Shown here: positions 9,887-19,849 of the stretch, piece by piece
Position numbering within the stretch: the stretch's first letter is position 1
Layout of the letters: every line of letters starts with the position of its first letter
NCBI GenBank assembly: GCA_963693055.1
Contig: OY843751.1
Coordinates: forward strand, 3,776,001 to 3,840,000
Source: a bacterium
GTDB taxonomy: Bacteria > Zhuqueibacterota > Zhuqueibacteria > Residuimicrobiales > Krinioviventaceae
Length of the DNA: 64,000 bases
Reading direction: 5' to 3'
Program-made: the position numbers and the translations under genes
Notes under the pieces: model-generated
What the model was told of the DNA's origin: nothing
Databases searched by the model: none
Seen by the model: the letters and a program-made list of their open reading frames with translations, nothing else

Positions 9887-11330
9887 ACTGTATATAAACC
9901 AACTTGTTTGTTTGCGTAAAATTACCAGCCTTGAGTCTGGCTATATAGGTGCCGCTTGCAACTTTATGGCCATTCATGTCTGCACCATCCCACTTGGATT
10001 CATATTCACCCGCAGCTTGCAGTTCAGAAACTAAAGAAATAACATGTCTACCGTTGATATCAAAAATATCCAATTCCACCTGATCGTCAGTTGCCAATGC
10101 GTAACGTAAAGCTGTTGATGGATTAAAAGGATTGGGATATGCATTGTATAGCCGTGTTGTTTCGGGACATTTTATATCATAACGAAATGTAATGGATTTT
10201 TGTTCTTCAACAACACCCTGTATTGAAACACTACTTAGACGATAGGTATACGTCTCTCCTTCTAGGGCGGTTTTATCAACAAAACAGTATTCATTTGCTG
10301 CGGAACTTGTACCCTGACCTGTTAATTCAATCAATGATTTATAATCCGCAATTTTCTGCCATTCACCATTGCATTTTCTTTCCAGAATAAATCCGGCATT
10401 ATCAACTTCACTTTGGGTGATCCAATTCAGTTCAATACCATTTTCTAATGATTTCGCATTAAAAACATCCAATTCAACGGGAAGTGTTAAATCAACAGTA
10501 TTGGTCAAATATACATTTTTAATTTAATGACTTGAACGTTTATTCGTATTTGTTGCTGCAGTAATTCCAAAATAGGCATCAAATGTAGGATATGAAATTC
10601 CATTTGTTGTATAATTATATACCCACGTTCTGCTATTATCAAAAGTTCCGCCATCTGTATCCTTGGTCCACCAGAATGACAGTTTGATATCCGAGCCATC
10701 TTGCCAGCAAACGAGTTTAAATTTTATCCAACCATTATTCAAATAATATTCCGTATTTGGAGTACCTCCACGGTTAGAAAAATCTTTGGCACCATTGGTG
10801 AGATGTACAAATGAAGTGGTTTCAAGTTGTACTACATGCGCATACTCGTCTGACTTAGAATCTCCCGGATTATAGAGATGATCAAATTCAAAGCCAAGCA
10901 GATTTAAATTGGTTGGAGCACCTTGAATAGGCCCCAAAGCTCCTAGCATGAAATTATAATTACCATCGGTTACATACTTGGCATCCACAAGACTTTTATC
11001 AACCCAGCAAAAAGTAATACCTTCACCATCTTGAGATTCAGCGCTCGCAGCAATACGCACCTCAGCTGTCAAAGTCCATCCCACATTCGAAAATGAATTC
11101 CCGGTATAAAAAGCAGAAGCCACCTCATTATTCGCTTCCTTGGTAAGTTGTAAAAATCCCTGTCCACTATTAAAATAATCCATATCATCTTTAGCGCCAT
11201 TATCATCTGTCCCGGAAATCTGCCAATTGGCAGGTGTTGAAGAACCGTCAAAAGCCTCGTAAATAATTGTGGCAGAAAAAACTGCCTGAATAGAGGCAAA
11301 AAGTACCAGTAAAAACATTTTTTAAATCAT
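9885..11330 (-). pseudogene. Secreted L-type lectin/ConA-like protein with FlgD/T9SS-type C-terminal domain, interrupted by in-frame TAA codons
   Basis: ORFs 10524..11318 and 9885..10508 are in the same frame, joined by CAT-TAA-ATT-AAA-AAT-GTA-TAT-TTG. An upstream ATG at 11330 (GAGGG RBS) reads ATG-ATT-TAA-AAA-ATG. Lectin-like motifs LQLT, DGEGITF, FEFD, YFGITAAT; C-terminal LPVEL and AYPNPFNP. Confidence 0.8.
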
Positions 11331-11475
11331 AATACGCCCTCACGATTAAATATAAATAATTATCCCAATAATCATACCAATTTTGGCTATAAAAATTAAT
11401 AAAATATTCATTTTGGTTTTTTACAAAATTATTATAAATTGAATTAATTCATTTATATTCACCGGAGGAAACGGT

Positions 11476-12009
11476 ATGAAAAACCATTTTATATTTACAC
11501 TATCTGGTCCTGACCGGATTGGTATTGTAGAAGAGACCACTTCTATTATTTTAAAATACAATGGAAATGTAGATGCCAGCAAGATGGCACATCTGGGTGG
11601 AGAATTTGCCATACTTACACTAGTATCCGTACCAACTGAAAATCGGGACGAATTACAGCAGGAACTGAAAAAACTGAGCGATAAAGGTTTTCTGGTTGCT
11701 TTTAAAAATACAGAACCCGATGGCGAACAGAAATACAAAGGCTGGTTGCCCTATCGCATTCAGGTGCATGGTGCGGACCATGAAGGTATTATCCACAATA
11801 TTACCCATCACCTTGCAGGTTCAGGAATCAATATAGAAAATATGGATACCAGTATGGTACAGGCTCCAATGAGTGGAACTCCACTATTTACGATGAACGC
11901 GGTCGTTGTTGTTCCACCCAACATGTCATACAATACCTGGAACACCCAACTTTTAAAAGTCTGTGATGAGGTGAATGTAAATTGTGATATAACACCCTAT
12001 ATGGGCTAG
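11476..12009 (+). CDS. Double ACT-domain protein (GcvR-like)
   Basis: GPDRIGIV and GADHEGII ACT motifs; APMSGTPLF. Confidence 0.85.
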   Translation: MKNHFIFTLSGPDRIGIVEETTSIILKYNGNVDASKMAHLGGEFAILTLVSVPTENRDELQQELKKLSDKGFLVAFKNTEPDGEQKYKGWLPYRIQVHGADHEGIIHNITHHLAGSGINIENMDTSMVQAPMSGTPLFTMNAVVVVPPNMSYNTWNTQLLKVCDEVNVNCDITPYMG

Positions 12010-12012
12010 ACA

Positions 12013-13185
12013 TTAATCATTTTTTACACATCTAAATCCCAAACCTGTACCACCAGCTTTAGGAGCTCCCCCGCCCCTGGATGCAAGCAAAGAAACCTGT
12101 GTTTCGGGATTAATAGAGGTACTCCATGCTCCTCCCCTAACCACTTTGGCGGTTCCCTCTTTGGGACCTTGAGGATCATTCAGGATCAGCTGCTTGTAAT
12201 AATCGGCATCATACCAATCATTACACCATTCCGACACATTGCCGTTCATATCATAAATCCCCAGCTCATTGGGCTCCAAATGGCCAACCGGCCGGGTTGC
12301 AATAACTCCCTGAGCCCCATTTATATTAAACCAGGCAACATCCATCCAGTTATCGCTGCCGCTATAAAAATAATTATTGCTCAATTCACCGCCACGTGCA
12401 GCATATTCCCATTGGGCTTCAGTAGGCAGACTTTTGCCATAAAATTCTGCATACATTTTGGCCCCATACCAGGTTACATAAGCCGCAGGATAGGATTCCT
12501 TACCCTTATCAATAATAAATCTGCCTTTTTCAAAGCAAAAATGATGTGGAAAATACCCAAACCAGTAATCCCTTGCAACCAAATTGACACCATCACATGT
12601 AATATCTCCAAGGTAATGCTCTATCAATCCTTCGGAATAGGCTTGATTTAAAAATCTCACAAACTGTGCGTTGGTCACTTCATATTTATCCATATAAAAG
12701 CTTGTTATATGAACTTGATGCACAGGCTTGCAATTGTCCCGTCCATTTTCATCTCCCATAAAAAAATATCCCGCACTAATAAATGCCATTTCATCAGGAT
12801 CATGCAATTCTATCTCAAGTGTAGTTGATTGCCCGTCGTCAACTTTGACATTACGTTGAACTCCAAAATAAATCAACGTGCTGTCAACAATATAGTTTGC
12901 AGCTACAACATATCTGTCACCTTTGGGGATTATCAGAGTCCCCTCAAAATGATCACCCTTATCTGAGAGCTCTATTTCTGCAATTTTATTATAAACATCA
13001 GAAGTTACAATGACCTCTATTTTCTGATCACTCGACAAACCTTTATCAAGTTGATCTTTGAGGGAAGCAGGAAAAATCAGATCGAGTGCAAGACTGCCAC
13101 CCTGCTCAGGCTCCAATGCAGTATTTATGCAGCCTGCGATTATAATCAGAATTATTGATGTTAAAAATGTTTTCCCCAAATCCAA
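12013..13185 (-). CDS. FGE/SUMF1-domain (C-type lectin fold) lipoprotein, paralog 2
   Basis: Lipobox IAGC; FYMDKYEVTNAQF, LPTEAQWEYAARGG, PNELGIYDMNGNVSEWC, GFRC; lacks the catalytic Cys pair of true FGE. Confidence 0.9.
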   Translation of the reverse strand: MDLGKTFLTSIILIIIAGCINTALEPEQGGSLALDLIFPASLKDQLDKGLSSDQKIEVIVTSDVYNKIAEIELSDKGDHFEGTLIIPKGDRYVVAANYIVDSTLIYFGVQRNVKVDDGQSTTLEIELHDPDEMAFISAGYFFMGDENGRDNCKPVHQVHITSFYMDKYEVTNAQFVRFLNQAYSEGLIEHYLGDITCDGVNLVARDYWFGYFPHHFCFEKGRFIIDKGKESYPAAYVTWYGAKMYAEFYGKSLPTEAQWEYAARGGELSNNYFYSGSDNWMDVAWFNINGAQGVIATRPVGHLEPNELGIYDMNGNVSEWCNDWYDADYYKQLILNDPQGPKEGTAKVVRGGAWSTSINPETQVSLLASRGGGAPKAGGTGLGFRCVKND

Positions 13186-13210
13186 TTCCCCTTTTTAATG
13201 TAATATAATA

Positions 13211-14422
13211 CTAGAAATCATTTTTAATACAACGGAATCCCCAATATTGCGTACCACTCGAAGGACCTGTTGCACTCCGGTATGTCACATGGTATACAGA
13301 ATAATCTTCATCTCCCATCTGGCTTTCACTAAATTTATAATACCAATTGCCGCCTCGCAGCACTTTTGAGCGGCCTTCTTCAGGACCTTGGGGATTATAG
13401 TAAGGGCTTTTGTTGTAATAATCTGTACTATACCAGTCACTACACCATTCAGAAAGGTTCCCGCTCATATCATGAATACCAAGTTCATTTGGGTCAAGAT
13501 GCCCTACAGGTCTTGTAAGACAATGAGAATCAATAGAACTTACTTTGAACCAGCCGACATCAAGCCAGTTATTACTACCGCTATAATCATAATAATGTGT
13601 CTGTTCACCACCTCGGGCGGCATATTCCCATTGTGCTTCGGTGGGCAGCTCCTTGCCATAATATTCTGCATAACACCTGGCACCATACCAGGTCACAAAC
13701 GCTACAGGATTGGATTCTTTATAAGCATCGATAACAAATTCACCATTATCAAAATGGTATTGGTGAAGTTTATATCCATAATAGTAATCTTTTCTCACAA
13801 GCGGAATTCCATCTTTGGTGATATCACCAGTGGCAGTACATTGAATGTAGCCATTTGAATACGCCTCATTCAAAAATCTTGTAAATTGTGCATTGGTCAC
13901 TTCATATTTATCAATATAAAATCCCTCAATATATACAGAATGTACGGGTTGGGCATTATCCAGTCCATTTTCATTCCCCATAAAAAACTCACCCGAACTT
14001 ACAAAAACCATTTCATCAGGATCATTCAGCTTTATTTCGACAATTTGCTTACTGCTGTTTTTGATTTTCACATTCCGCCTGACTCCAAAATATACCAATT
14101 TATCATCCACAAAATAGTTCACAGAAACAATATAATCATCGCCTTTGGGTACAATGATTGTCCCCTTGTATGCTTCTCCGGTATCTAAAAGTTCAGCTTC
14201 AGCAACCTTATTATATGCGGTAGAAGTCACCAATACCTGAATTTTTATTTCATCTGCTGTTTTTTTGTCGACATGGGTGTTCTGTGATTCGGGGAATGAC
14301 AATTCTACGACCAGGCTGCCCCCGTCAATATCCGGCCCGGTCGGGTCATTTTTCTGACACGATAAATATCCGAATAAAGAAACAAATAAGATAATTATTA
14401 TGCTTAACCTGAAAAAATTCAT
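13211..14422 (-). CDS. FGE/SUMF1-domain lipoprotein, paralog 1
   Basis: Lipobox YLSC; same motifs as the downstream paralog, alignable over the full length. Confidence 0.9.
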   Translation of the reverse strand: MNFFRLSIIIILFVSLFGYLSCQKNDPTGPDIDGGSLVVELSFPESQNTHVDKKTADEIKIQVLVTSTAYNKVAEAELLDTGEAYKGTIIVPKGDDYIVSVNYFVDDKLVYFGVRRNVKIKNSSKQIVEIKLNDPDEMVFVSSGEFFMGNENGLDNAQPVHSVYIEGFYIDKYEVTNAQFTRFLNEAYSNGYIQCTATGDITKDGIPLVRKDYYYGYKLHQYHFDNGEFVIDAYKESNPVAFVTWYGARCYAEYYGKELPTEAQWEYAARGGEQTHYYDYSGSNNWLDVGWFKVSSIDSHCLTRPVGHLDPNELGIHDMSGNLSEWCSDWYSTDYYNKSPYYNPQGPEEGRSKVLRGGNWYYKFSESQMGDEDYSVYHVTYRSATGPSSGTQYWGFRCIKNDF

Positions 14423-14431
14423 ACCCACCCC

Positions 14432-15448
14432 CTATTCATTTACTTTGGGTACAATAACTGTTATTCTACCCTCGCCGGGATCATCGTAATTTAATGAAAA
14501 ACCGTCAGTTGCAAAATAGGCAACGCCATAACAGGTTCCCAATGTTGTAAGGGTTACCCAATACCAGGCAAGCCCCTTTTCTTCTTCTTCATACGTCAGT
14601 AATGCAGCGTCAATACCTTTCAGGGGCTCCATCTTGATATCCCGAAACAATGTATCATTTTCAGCAATTTTCAACTTGTCGTTAATGGTTTCAAATCCAT
14701 TACGCTTTACAGTTAAATCATATTCACCAACTGGCAAATCTGTAAAAATATATGTACCAGTCGATGCAAAATAATCTTTATCGGCATTAATCAATTCCAC
14801 CTTGGCATCTTTGGGAAAAGTAGTAATATCTAACCGCCCTGTCTTGAGCTTGGGAAAAAGGCTTATTTCCAGATCATCATTGGGCTTTAATAAAAGGGTT
14901 ATCTCTTCCGGAACCGCATTATCCATTTCTGCGCGCAGTGTAATTTGAGAAGGCAGTAATTCTATATTTTGCAATTTTGTTTGCAGCATTCCATCAAGAT
15001 AAACAACCGCCCCTGGTCTGGCAGAAATACTCAATTTTGCGGTTTGGTTTTGTGCTTCAATCTGATTTTGATCTAGTGCGGCATCAATAATTGCCAATTG
15101 TATAACCACAAGATCGTCCAGTTGTATGTTATAATCCATAAACAGTATGGTCAATGGATTAAAATCGGGGTGCATAATTTTGAGAAAAGGATCATCCGGC
15201 GACAGATAAACAATCTCCATTCCGTTATGCACTTCTACCTGTACAGCCCCCCTGGCACTTTCGTATTGCAGATTGTCAATATCAGTAAGGATTTGTACTG
15301 CAGCACACAATCTATTTTGCACATCTCTAACCTGGGAGATATTGGCTTGAATTTTCTCTGGTCCCCGTATGATCTTGAACTCTGCCAATTGTGCAAATAG
15401 AGCCAGAGGAAGAAACAAAATAAAACAGACAAAAATTAACTGTTTCAT
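14432..15448 (-). CDS. PEGA-domain secreted or membrane-anchored protein
   Basis: Signal peptide; GRLDITTFPKDAKV...DLPVGEYDLTVKRNGFE; C-terminal hydrophobic segment. Confidence 0.75.
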   Translation of the reverse strand: MKQLIFVCFILFLPLALFAQLAEFKIIRGPEKIQANISQVRDVQNRLCAAVQILTDIDNLQYESARGAVQVEVHNGMEIVYLSPDDPFLKIMHPDFNPLTILFMDYNIQLDDLVVIQLAIIDAALDQNQIEAQNQTAKLSISARPGAVVYLDGMLQTKLQNIELLPSQITLRAEMDNAVPEEITLLLKPNDDLEISLFPKLKTGRLDITTFPKDAKVELINADKDYFASTGTYIFTDLPVGEYDLTVKRNGFETINDKLKIAENDTLFRDIKMEPLKGIDAALLTYEEEEKGLAWYWVTLTTLGTCYGVAYFATDGFSLNYDDPGEGRITVIVPKVNE

Positions 15449-15540
15449 AGTTACCCCTTATTTTACGACTAAAAATTAGAAATGCTACCTTCCCTTTTTG
15501 ATTATATCAAATAAATATTAATAAATCAAGAACAAACACA

Positions 15541-15574
15541 AAAAAAATCCCTGCCGGTAAACCAACAGGGATTT
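15541..15574 (-). terminator. Intrinsic terminator after the beta-propeller gene (copy 1 of a duplicated terminator)
   Basis: AAATCCCTG-CCGGTAAACCAA-CAGGGATTT with A-run. Confidence 0.8.
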
Positions 15575-15595
15575 AAATTTAAAAAAAGTTTCAAT

Positions 15596-18500
15596 TTATT
15601 TCATCAATATCATGCGTCGTGTTTGAGAAAATTCACCCGCCTTTACTCGATAAAAATAAAGACCGGTAGCCACCCGTTCACCATTTGAATTTGTACCATC
15701 CCACACAAAGCTGTGGTATCCTGCACGTTGAGTGGTATTTGTCAATTGCTTAACCAGGTTTCCATTTATATTAAACACATCCAGAGTTACGTGTGCCTGT
15801 TCTGGTAACGCGTATTTGATAACAGTTACCGGATTAAAGGGATTGGGATAGTTCTGGAATAAAGCATAATCTGTAATAATTGCGGATTCGTCATCATTAA
15901 CAGATACGATCACCTGGGAATCAGCAGTCATTCCGCTATTTTTCACATCAGCATGAAATCTGGGCCATGGAGTATTTGCCAGGCCTTCACTGGTTGTTTG
16001 CAGTGCATAAAAATAACCATCCATTGAACCGGCATACAAACTGCCATCACTCAGCAGGACTGGTGAAGCAAGACTGAATGCACTATCTGCTTTGAATGAC
16101 CATAACAATGCTCCCCTGGGATCCAGGGCATAAATAGAGTTATCTAAAGAAGCTGTGTATACTGTACTGTCAGCTCCAACCATTACAGACCTGACCGGAC
16201 CACCGGTCTTATACGACCATAATAGCGAGCCATCAGCATCAATTACATACATTGTACTGTCATCCGAGCCAACACAGACACTTTCTCCATATTGTATAAC
16301 TGGCGATGATTTGACAGGGCCATCAGTAGTATATGTCCATTTTAATGAACCATCGGGATTGAGTACATACAGACTGCCATCATCAGAACCGATATAAATA
16401 ACACTGTTTTCACCGATAGCAGGTGATGATTGAACCGGTGCTGTTGTTTCATATTTGAATATCAATTCTCCCAGAGGTGAAAAAGCATATACAAAATGGT
16501 CAGCAGAACCTACATAAACATTTCCATACTTGCCAATCGCAGCAGAGGATGTTATAACACCATCTGTTTTATATGACCAGTTTAAAGAACCATCCGCATT
16601 TAATGCGTAAAAAGTACTGTCCTGAGATCCTACATAGATATTACCCTCCGGATGAATTGCCGGCGTTGCCGTCACTTTATCATTTGTTTCAAAACTCCAG
16701 TTCAGCGAGCCATCAGGATTCAATGCGTAAATATTATTATCACTTGATCCCATATAAATGGTCTCATCTGCACCAATAACCGGTGCTGTAAGCAAAGAAT
16801 CACTTATATTTTCAGACCATTGCTCTGTCCCATCAGGATGCATTGCATACAACATTCCATTCGTGTCAGTAAAAACCAATGTAGAGTCGTTTAATACCGC
16901 TGGAGAAGTAGAAATGCTGTGATCTATCTGACAAGACCAGAGTTGGTTGGTATAATTTATAACCACTACTGTAGAATTTGCGCCATCATCCATGTCTGTT
17001 ACGGTTAATAAATATTTGTACTCACCATACACAGAATTCAAAAAAGTAACTGTAGGATTAGCAAGCGTAGAATCAGAAATTTCCACCAGACCGCCTTCCG
17101 GCTGGTCAATTAAACTCCAGGCAAAATACAAATCGTCACCATCAAAATCCGTTGATTCACTGGCGTCAAGTGTTACAGTTTCACCAATCTTTGCAGTTAT
17201 ATAATCATTTTCAACTTGAGCTACCGGGACATAGAGATTTTCAACATTGGATGTGTTGGCATTGTTTTGACCAAATGTGGGCCAGGAACTTTTTGCAAGC
17301 CCCATGCTTTCTGTTTGGAGTGCGTATAATTTATCATCACGTGTTCCAAAATAAAGTATACCGTCGTTACTGAGGATCATTGGTGCATCAACATCATTTT
17401 CTGCCTTATATTTCCATTTCAATGATCCATTTGGGTTCAACGCGTACAAAAACATGTCTCGAGACCCAAAATAAATGGTCCCATCTGCTCCAATTGCAGC
17501 GGTACTCCAACTCATGCGAGGAGTTTTAAAACTCCAGCGAAAACCTCCATCGGCATTCAATGCATGGAAATAATCATCATCCGCATATAAGTAAATAGCT
17601 CCATCTTTATCAATTACAGGAGACCCAATATCTCCCGTAGATCCATCAACCTGTCTGTTCCATAAAAGCTCTCCATCAGGCGTAAAAGATGCAACTTTAC
17701 TTACACTATTATAGCCTGTACTTATAATTATAGAACCATCAGCGGCAATAGCAGGTGCTGTTGAAATAAATCCACCAATTTTATAAGACCAGTACAGAGA
17801 TCCATCTTTATTTAATGCATATACTGTTTCTTGTGATGCACAGAAATAGATTTTACCATTAAAACCAATTGACGGTGATGATCTAATACCACTGATTGCT
17901 TTAAACTTCCATTTCAAACTGCCATCAGCATTAATAGCATACAAATATTCATCATCACAACCAAAATACAAAGTACCATCTGAATCAATCGCCACATGAC
18001 TTCTAATTTGATCATCAACTTGAAATGTCCATAATAGATTACCATCAGAGGTTACCGCATACAACTTGCCCGGGTATGTAATGAAATAAACAATTCCATC
18101 AGAACTGATAGACGGTGCATAATAGCTTCTTTCCGAGGCTTTATACTTCCAAAGCAAACTTCCATCAGGATTTAATTTATAAAGAAAGCTGTCAGATGAG
18201 CAGCAATATATTGATCCATCGTTCCCAATTGCAGCCGAAGAATAGATATTATCAGAGGTACCAAATCTCCACAATAAATTACCATAATCAATATAAACAT
18301 GATTATAGCTTTTGTTCCCATCTGCATCAGTTACGGTTAATCGAATCTTGTACAATCCATAAACATTTGTATCCAGCATAAAATTAGAAACTGCGGATTG
18401 AGGATCGCTAATATCTACTTTACCACCATCAGGTAAAGTAGTGACTGTCCATTCAAACTGCAACTCGTTACCATCAGGATCAAATGAACCACTACCATCC

Positions 18501-19678
18501 AATTCAACACTGGAATGCGGTTCTGCATGGATGGTGTCAACTGAGGTCACAACACGGGGAAACTCGTTATTTTCATTACTCCCCGTATTTGCACTGTTTT
18601 GTCGCATAGCCGGCCAGGGTGTATCTGCCAGTCCTGCACTGGAGCAGTTGACAGCATACAAAGTACTATCAGAAGAACCTATATACAGTGTACTATCTAG
18701 AGAAAGATTCAAACTGTTACCAGGAGTACCTCCCAATTCACAGTCCCAAAGTTTGGTGCCATTTATATCAACTGCAAACAGATTACCGCTATCTGTAACA
18801 TTGTACAGTACCCGATCTTCACCCATGGCCGAACATAGTACTATACCATCTGTATCCATGGACCATTTTTCATTACCAATAGGATCCAGTGCATAATACA
18901 TACTAGTACCGGTACCAAAATATATATTGTTATGATTATCAAGAATTGGGACAGTGTACATTTTCCCTTGTCTAAAATTTTTATCAAACTCTTCACCATA
19001 AGGATAAAAAATGTTTAATTTGGCGCCCCATGATCCAATATGTAAACGTCCGTCTGAAGCAATTGCGGGACAAATGCCAGGCTTGTAATTAAAACGTAAA
19101 GACCAACTCAGTGTACCATCAATATTTAAAGCATATAGATAATAGGAATCAGATTGCACATAAATAGTTCCATCCGGACCAATTGATGGAGTATGAACGA
19201 GCCCATCTACATAATACGTCCAGGCTAAATTCCCTTCCAGATCAAACGCATAGAGGTTGAAATCTTTAGATCCTATAAATATATAGCCTTCTTTGCTAAT
19301 TGCAGGCGATGTACAAATTGCGCCATTGGTCTTATAATCCCATTTCAAAGAGCCGTCTTTGTTCATAGCATAGATATTACCATCTTTGGAACCAAAGTAA
19401 ATGGTTCCCTCGGAATCTATAGCAGGCGAAGTTTGTACCGAGTCACCAGCCTGATATTTCCACAACAAGGAGCCATCCGGATTAACAGCATATAAATGGT
19501 CATCACTACCTACATAAATTGTTCCATCATCAGCAATCGCCGGAGGAGACTGAATCGCACCTTCTGTTTTGAACTCCCACTTAATTGTCCCCGGTTCCTG
19601 GGCTAACAAAGCCATTCCAGGCACAAGTAAGCATAATAATAGAATAGAAACTGCTTCATAGCAAAAACGCTTCATCAT
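15596..19678 (-). CDS. Large secreted protein: three PQQ-like/BamB-type beta-propellers separated by PKD-like domains, FlgD/T9SS-type C-terminus
   Basis: Many SSPAI..DGTIY.GS.D..LYALNPDGSLKW blades in three blocks; two VxLDxSxSxDxDG PKD-like units; QNYPNPFNP. Confidence 0.9.
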   Translation of the reverse strand: MMKRFCYEAVSILLLCLLVPGMALLAQEPGTIKWEFKTEGAIQSPPAIADDGTIYVGSDDHLYAVNPDGSLLWKYQAGDSVQTSPAIDSEGTIYFGSKDGNIYAMNKDGSLKWDYKTNGAICTSPAISKEGYIFIGSKDFNLYAFDLEGNLAWTYYVDGLVHTPSIGPDGTIYVQSDSYYLYALNIDGTLSWSLRFNYKPGICPAIASDGRLHIGSWGAKLNIFYPYGEEFDKNFRQGKMYTVPILDNHNNIYFGTGTSMYYALDPIGNEKWSMDTDGIVLCSAMGEDRVLYNVTDSGNLFAVDINGTKLWDCELGGTPGNSLNLSLDSTLYIGSSDSTLYAVNCSSAGLADTPWPAMRQNSANTGSNENNEFPRVVTSVDTIHAEPHSSVELDGSGSFDPDGNELQFEWTVTTLPDGGKVDISDPQSAVSNFMLDTNVYGLYKIRLTVTDADGNKSYNHVYIDYGNLLWRFGTSDNIYSSAAIGNDGSIYCCSSDSFLYKLNPDGSLLWKYKASERSYYAPSISSDGIVYFITYPGKLYAVTSDGNLLWTFQVDDQIRSHVAIDSDGTLYFGCDDEYLYAINADGSLKWKFKAISGIRSSPSIGFNGKIYFCASQETVYALNKDGSLYWSYKIGGFISTAPAIAADGSIIISTGYNSVSKVASFTPDGELLWNRQVDGSTGDIGSPVIDKDGAIYLYADDDYFHALNADGGFRWSFKTPRMSWSTAAIGADGTIYFGSRDMFLYALNPNGSLKWKYKAENDVDAPMILSNDGILYFGTRDDKLYALQTESMGLAKSSWPTFGQNNANTSNVENLYVPVAQVENDYITAKIGETVTLDASESTDFDGDDLYFAWSLIDQPEGGLVEISDSTLANPTVTFLNSVYGEYKYLLTVTDMDDGANSTVVVINYTNQLWSCQIDHSISTSPAVLNDSTLVFTDTNGMLYAMHPDGTEQWSENISDSLLTAPVIGADETIYMGSSDNNIYALNPDGSLNWSFETNDKVTATPAIHPEGNIYVGSQDSTFYALNADGSLNWSYKTDGVITSSAAIGKYGNVYVGSADHFVYAFSPLGELIFKYETTAPVQSSPAIGENSVIYIGSDDGSLYVLNPDGSLKWTYTTDGPVKSSPVIQYGESVCVGSDDSTMYVIDADGSLLWSYKTGGPVRSVMVGADSTVYTASLDNSIYALDPRGALLWSFKADSAFSLASPVLLSDGSLYAGSMDGYFYALQTTSEGLANTPWPRFHADVKNSGMTADSQVIVSVNDDESAIITDYALFQNYPNPFNPVTVIKYALPEQAHVTLDVFNINGNLVKQLTNTTQRAGYHSFVWDGTNSNGERVATGLYFYRVKAGEFSQTRRMILMK

Positions 19679-19788
19679 CGCATTTCCCCTGTTTTAAATT
19701 TTTATTAATTCGAGTTTCGCCTGTGGAAATCCCCACCAGCATGATATGTTGTGGTATTAAATTACAAAATTATATAAAAGTTCCAAAT

Positions 19789-19823
19789 AAAAAAAAAGCC
19801 CTGCCGGTAAACCAACAGGGCTT
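19789..19823 (-). terminator. Intrinsic terminator after hppA (copy 2 of a duplicated terminator)
   Basis: AAGCCCTG-CCGGTAAACCAA-CAGGGCTT with long A-run. Confidence 0.8.
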
Positions 19824-19849
19824 GTATATTCTATATATTAATATGAATA

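Noticed and set aside
10524-10526. Selenocysteine, pyrrolysine or alternative genetic code readthrough
   Set aside because: The codon is TAA, not TGA or TAG, and TAA terminates many intact genes in this window.
12013-14422. Active diversity-generating retroelement
   Set aside because: No reverse transcriptase or template repeat in the window; paralog differences include indels and are not adenine-specific.
12013-14422. Sulfatase-maturating formylglycine-generating enzyme
   Set aside because: The catalytic Cys pair after RGG is absent and both proteins look like lipoproteins.
15596-19678. PQQ-dependent dehydrogenase
   Set aside because: Only generic propeller blades are visible; I found no quinoprotein active-site features such as the vicinal Cys pair in the expected context.
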